Source: a phage
DNA length: 64,000 nt
Direction: 5' to 3' (one strand)
Sequence record: PZ445437.1
Positions 59,698-64,000 of this stretch are shown here, in pieces. Position numbers and translations under genes: made by a program. The notes below the pieces were generated by a model. The model saw nothing but the letters and a program-made list of their open reading frames with translations, did not search any database and was not told the origin of the DNA. The stretch's first letter is position 1, and every line of letters starts with the position of its first letter.

Positions 59698-61505
59698 TGA
59701 AACAAAATATTAATATCGGTAATGTTGTAGATGATGGTACCGGTGACTACCTGCGTAAAGGTGGTATAAAAATAAATGAAAACTTTGATGAGCTTTATTA
59801 TGAACTCGGTGATGGTGATGTTCCATATTCAGCCGGTGCCTGGAAAACTTATAATGCTTCATCAGGACAAACATTAACAGCAGAATGGGGAAAATCATAC
59901 GCTATTAATACATCTTCTGGAAGAGTGACTATAAATCTTCCAAAGGGCACAGTTAATGATTACAACAAGGTAATTAGAGCTAGAGACGTATTTGCTACAT
60001 GGAACGTTAATCCAGTTACACTAGTAGCTGCTTCCGGAGATACGATTAAAGGGTCTGCAGTACCAGTTGAAATTAATGTTCAATTCAGCGATTTAGAACT
60101 AGTGTATTGTGCCCCAGGACGTTGGGAATATGTCAAAAATAAACAAATTGACAAAATTACCAGTTCAGACATTAGTAATGTAGCTCGTAAAGAATTTTTA
60201 GTCGAAGTCCAAGGACAAACAGACTTTTTAGATGTTTTCCGTGGAACCAGTTATAATGTAAATAACATCAGAGTAAAACATCGTGGTAACGAATTGTATT
60301 ACGGCGATGTGTTTAGCGAAAACAGCGATTTTGGCTCTCCGGGCGAAAATGAAGGAGAACTAGTTCCTCTTGATGGATTTAATATTCGATTAAGACAGCC
60401 TTGTAATATTGGTGACACTGTTCAAATTGAAACATTTATGGATGGTGTATCGCAGTGGAGAAGTTCATATACAAGACGTCAAATTAGATTGTTAGATTCA
60501 AAATTAACGTCAAAAACTTCTTTAGAAGGAAGTATTTACGTTACTGATTTATCAACAATGAAATCAATTCCATTTTCTGCTTTTGGATTAATTCCAGGAG
60601 AACCTATTAATCCTAATTCTCTTGAGGTTCGTTTTAACGGGATTTTGCAGGAATTGGCTGGAACAGTTGGAATGCCATTATTTCATTGTGTTGGTGCCGA
60701 TTCAGACGATGAAGTAGAATGCTCTGTTTTAGGTGGAACTTGGGAACAATCTCATACCGATTATTCAGTTGAAACTGATGAAAACGGCATACCGGAAATT
60801 TTACATTTCGATAGAGTATTTGAGCATGGTGACATTATCAATATCACCTGGTTTAATAATGATTTGGGTACATTATTAACGAAAGATGAGATTATTGATG
60901 AAACTGATAATCTCTATGTATCGCAAGGACCAGGGGTAGATATTTCAGGTGATGTAAATTTAACAGACTTCGATAAAATTGGTTGGCCAAATGTAGAAGT
61001 AGTTCAATCTTATCAACGCGAATTTAATGCTGTTTCAAATATCTTTGATACGATTTATCCTATTGGAACTATATATGAAAACGCTGTTAATCCAAACAAC
61101 CCTGTTACATATATGGGATTCGGCTCATGGAAATTATTTGGGCAAGGAAAAGTTTTAGTTGGATGGAATGAAGATATTTCGGATCCGAATTTTGCTCTAA
61201 ATAACAACGATTTAGATTCTGGCGGAAATCCTTCGCATACTGCAGGTGGAACAGGTGGTTCTACTTCTGTTACATTGGAAAATGCTAATCTTCCTGCAAC
61301 TGAAACAGATGAAGAAGTTCTAATAGTTGATGAAAATGGATCAGTCATTGTTGGTGGGTGTCAATACGATCCAGATGAATCCGGTCCAATTTACACTAAA
61401 TACCGTGAAGCTAAAGCATCTACTAACTCTACTCACACTCCGCCAACATCAATAACTAACATTCAACCATATATTACAGTTTATCGTTGGATAAGGATTG
61501 CATAA
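59697..61505 (+). CDS. 10: Baseplate wedge / short tail fibre attachment protein
   Basis: 602 aa (T4 gp10 length); TAATG overlap with gene 9. Confidence 0.93.
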   Translation: MKQNINIGNVVDDGTGDYLRKGGIKINENFDELYYELGDGDVPYSAGAWKTYNASSGQTLTAEWGKSYAINTSSGRVTINLPKGTVNDYNKVIRARDVFATWNVNPVTLVAASGDTIKGSAVPVEINVQFSDLELVYCAPGRWEYVKNKQIDKITSSDISNVARKEFLVEVQGQTDFLDVFRGTSYNVNNIRVKHRGNELYYGDVFSENSDFGSPGENEGELVPLDGFNIRLRQPCNIGDTVQIETFMDGVSQWRSSYTRRQIRLLDSKLTSKTSLEGSIYVTDLSTMKSIPFSAFGLIPGEPINPNSLEVRFNGILQELAGTVGMPLFHCVGADSDDEVECSVLGGTWEQSHTDYSVETDENGIPEILHFDRVFEHGDIINITWFNNDLGTLLTKDEIIDETDNLYVSQGPGVDISGDVNLTDFDKIGWPNVEVVQSYQREFNAVSNIFDTIYPIGTIYENAVNPNNPVTYMGFGSWKLFGQGKVLVGWNEDISDPNFALNNNDLDSGGNPSHTAGGTGGSTSVTLENANLPATETDEEVLIVDENGSVIVGGCQYDPDESGPIYTKYREAKASTNSTHTPPTSITNIQPYITVYRWIRIA

Positions 61506-62164
61506 TGAGTTTACTTAATAATAAAGCGGGAGTTATTTCCCGCTTAGCCGATTTTCTTGGTTTTAGACCTAAAGCTGGTAATATAGATGTAATGAATCGT
61601 CAATCAGTTGGGTCAGTGACAATTTCTCAATTAGCGAAAGGTTTTTATGAACCAAACGTAGAATCAGCTATTAATGATGTTCATAATTTTTCTATAAAAG
61701 ACGTTGGTACAATTATTACTAATAAAACTGGTGTTTCTCCTGAGGGTGTTTCTCAAACTGATTATTGGGCATTTTCTGGAACTGTAACAGACGATTCTCT
61801 TCCTCCGGGTTCTCCTGTTACAGTATTAGTATTTGGTCTTCCAGTTTCAGCAACAACTGGAATGACGACAATTGAGTTTGTTGCAAAAGTTCGTGTTGCC
61901 CTTCAAGAAGCTATTGCGTCATTTACTGCTATCAACTCATATAAAGACCATCCGACAGATGGTAGTAAATTAGAAGTTACTTATTTAGATAATCAAAAAC
62001 ATGTATTAAGCACATATTCTACATATGGAATAACTATTTCACAGGAAATTATTTCTGAGTCTAAACCTGGCTACGGTACATGGAATTTATTAGGCGCACA
62101 AACTGTAACTTTAGATAATCAGCAGACTCCTACAGTATTTTATCATTTTGAGAGAACAGCATGA
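61505..62164 (+). CDS. 11: Baseplate wedge / short tail fibre attachment protein
   Basis: ATG at 61505 overlapping gene 10 stop gives 219 aa (T4 gp11); N-term [20 protein letters not shown]. Confidence 0.92.
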   Translation: MSLLNNKAGVISRLADFLGFRPKAGNIDVMNRQSVGSVTISQLAKGFYEPNVESAINDVHNFSIKDVGTIITNKTGVSPEGVSQTDYWAFSGTVTDDSLPPGSPVTVLVFGLPVSATTGMTTIEFVAKVRVALQEAIASFTAINSYKDHPTDGSKLEVTYLDNQKHVLSTYSTYGITISQEIISESKPGYGTWNLLGAQTVTLDNQQTPTVFYHFERTA

Positions 62165-63744
62165 GTAATAATACATATCAACACGTTTCTAATGAATCTC
62201 GTTATGTAAAATTTGATCCTACCGATACGAATTTTCCACCAGAGATTACTGATGTTCAGGCTGCTATAGCAGCCATTTCTCCTGCTGGCGTAAATGGAGT
62301 TCCTGATGCATCGTCAACAACAAAGGGAATTTTATTTCTTGCCACTGAACAGGAAGTTATAGATGGAACTAATAATACCAAAGCAGTTACACCAGCAACG
62401 TTGGCAACAAGATTATCATATCCAAACGCAACTGAAACTGTTTACGGATTAACAAGATATTCAACCAATGATGAAGCCATTGCCGGAGTTAATAATGAAT
62501 CTTCTATAACTCCAGCTAAATTTACTGTTGCTCTTAATAATGCGTTTGAAACACGAGTTTCAACTGAATCCTCGAATGGTGTTATTAAAATTTCATCTCT
62601 ACCGCAAGCATTAGCTGGTGCAGATGATACTACTGCAATGACTCCATTAAAAACACAGCAGTTAGCTATTAAATTAATTGCGCAAATTGCTCCTTCTGAA
62701 ACCACAGCTACTGAATCGGACCAAGGTGTTGTTCAATTAGCAACAGTAGCGCAGGTTCGTCAGGGAACTTTGAGAGAAGGCTATGCAATTTCTCCTTATA
62801 CGTTTATGAATTCATCTGCTACTGAAGAATATAAAGGCGTAATTAAATTAGGAACACAATCAGAAGTTAACTCGAATAATGCTTCTGTTGCGGTTACTGG
62901 CGCAACTCTTAATGGTCGTGGTTCTACAACGTCAATGAGAGGCGTAGTTAGATTAACAACAACGGCCGGTTCACAGAGTGGAGGAGATGCTTCATCAGCC
63001 TTAGCTTGGAATGCTGACGTTATCCACCAAAGAGGCGGTCAAACTATCAATGGAACACTTCGCATTAATAACACGCTTACAATAGCTTCAGGTGGAGCAA
63101 ATATTACCGGAACAGTTAACATGACCGGTGGTTATATTCAAGGTAAGCGTGTCGTAACACAAAATGAAATTGATAGAACTATTCCTGTCGGAGCTATTAT
63201 GATGTGGGCCGCTGATAGTCTTCCTAGTGATGCTTGGCGTTTTTGCCACGGTGGAACTGTTTCAGCGTCAGATTGTCCATTATATGCTTCTAGAATTGGA
63301 ACAAGATATGGCGGAAGCTCATCAAATCCTGGATTGCCTGACATGCGTGGTCTTTTTGTTCGTGGCTCTGGTCGTGGCTCTCACTTAACAAATCCAAATG
63401 TTAATGGTAATGACCAATTTGGTAAACCTAGATTAGGTGTAGGTTGTACTGGTGGATATGTTGGTGAAGTACAGAAACAGCAGATGTCTTATCATAAACA
63501 TGCTGGTGGATTTGGTGAGCATGATGATTCTGGGGCATTCGGTAATACCCGTAGATCAAATTTTGTTGGTACACGTAAAGGACTTGACTGGGATAACCGT
63601 TCATACTTCACCAATGATGGATATGAAATTGACCCGGCATCGCAGCGAAATTCCAAATATACGTTAAATCGCCCTGAATTAATTGGAAATGAAACACGTC
63701 CATGGAACATTTCTTTAAACTACATAATTAAGGTAAAAGAATGA
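62161..63744 (+). CDS. 12: Short tail fibre protein
   Basis: 527 aa (T4 gp12 length). Confidence 0.95.
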   Translation: MSNNTYQHVSNESRYVKFDPTDTNFPPEITDVQAAIAAISPAGVNGVPDASSTTKGILFLATEQEVIDGTNNTKAVTPATLATRLSYPNATETVYGLTRYSTNDEAIAGVNNESSITPAKFTVALNNAFETRVSTESSNGVIKISSLPQALAGADDTTAMTPLKTQQLAIKLIAQIAPSETTATESDQGVVQLATVAQVRQGTLREGYAISPYTFMNSSATEEYKGVIKLGTQSEVNSNNASVAVTGATLNGRGSTTSMRGVVRLTTTAGSQSGGDASSALAWNADVIHQRGGQTINGTLRINNTLTIASGGANITGTVNMTGGYIQGKRVVTQNEIDRTIPVGAIMMWAADSLPSDAWRFCHGGTVSASDCPLYASRIGTRYGGSSSNPGLPDMRGLFVRGSGRGSHLTNPNVNGNDQFGKPRLGVGCTGGYVGEVQKQQMSYHKHAGGFGEHDDSGAFGNTRRSNFVGTRKGLDWDNRSYFTNDGYEIDPASQRNSKYTLNRPELIGNETRPWNISLNYIIKVKE

Positions 63745-64000
63745 CAGATATTGTACTGAATGACTTACCATTCGTTGACGGCCCTCCTGCAGAGGGCCAG
63801 AGCCGCATTTCCTGGATTAAAAACGGCGAAGAAATATTAGGAGCTGACACACAGTATGGAAGCGAAGGTTCAATGAATAGACCTACAGTTTCTGTACTAA
63901 GAAATGTTGAAGTTCTTGATAAAAACATTGGAATACTTAAAACATCTTTAGAAACCGCAAATAGTGATATTAAAACAATTCAGGGCATCTTAGATGTATC
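63741..64000 (+). CDS. wac: Fibritin (whisker), 5' part only
   Basis: N-term [40 protein letters not shown] matches T4 fibritin; ATGA overlap with gene 12; runs off window end. Confidence 0.9.
   Translation, partial: MTDIVLNDLPFVDGPPAEGQSRISWIKNGEEILGADTQYGSEGSMNRPTVSVLRNVEVLDKNIGILKTSLETANSDIKTIQGILDV

Overview
This window is a contiguous segment of a T4-like (T-even, Tequatrovirus-type) myovirus genome. Gene order and protein lengths match phage T4 almost one-for-one, but several loci differ, so it is a close relative rather than T4 itself. Positions 1-48948 are the early/middle region on the minus strand: a glycosyltransferase fragment, 42, imm, 43, regA, 62, 44, 45, rpbA, 46, 47, a-gt, 55, nrdH, nrdG, nrdD, 49, pin, nrdC, rI, tk, regB, e, nudE, a tRNA cluster, internal-protein genes, 57B, 57A, 1, 3, 2 and 4. 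Positions 48996-64000 are the late baseplate/short-tail-fibre operon on the plus strand: 53, 5, 5.1, 5.4, 6-12 and the start of wac. I found ten tRNA genes, five freestanding homing-endonuclease genes, T4-style early/middle/late promoters and UUCG/GNRA-tetraloop terminators. The most notable observations are a self-contained internal-protein-like cassette bracketed by twin terminators, a 57B homologue interrupted by an in-frame TGA, a tRNA set that differs from T4's canonical eight, an HNH endonuclease gene that copies the nrdG 5' end, and an intron-less nrdD. Coordinates of small motifs were derived by hand from ORF-track anchors and may be off by a few nucleotides. Many ORF-track N-termini are over-extended because alternative start codons were allowed; I corrected starts where an ATG with a Shine-Dalgarno sequence was evident. 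All comparisons to T4 are from memory and no database search was run.
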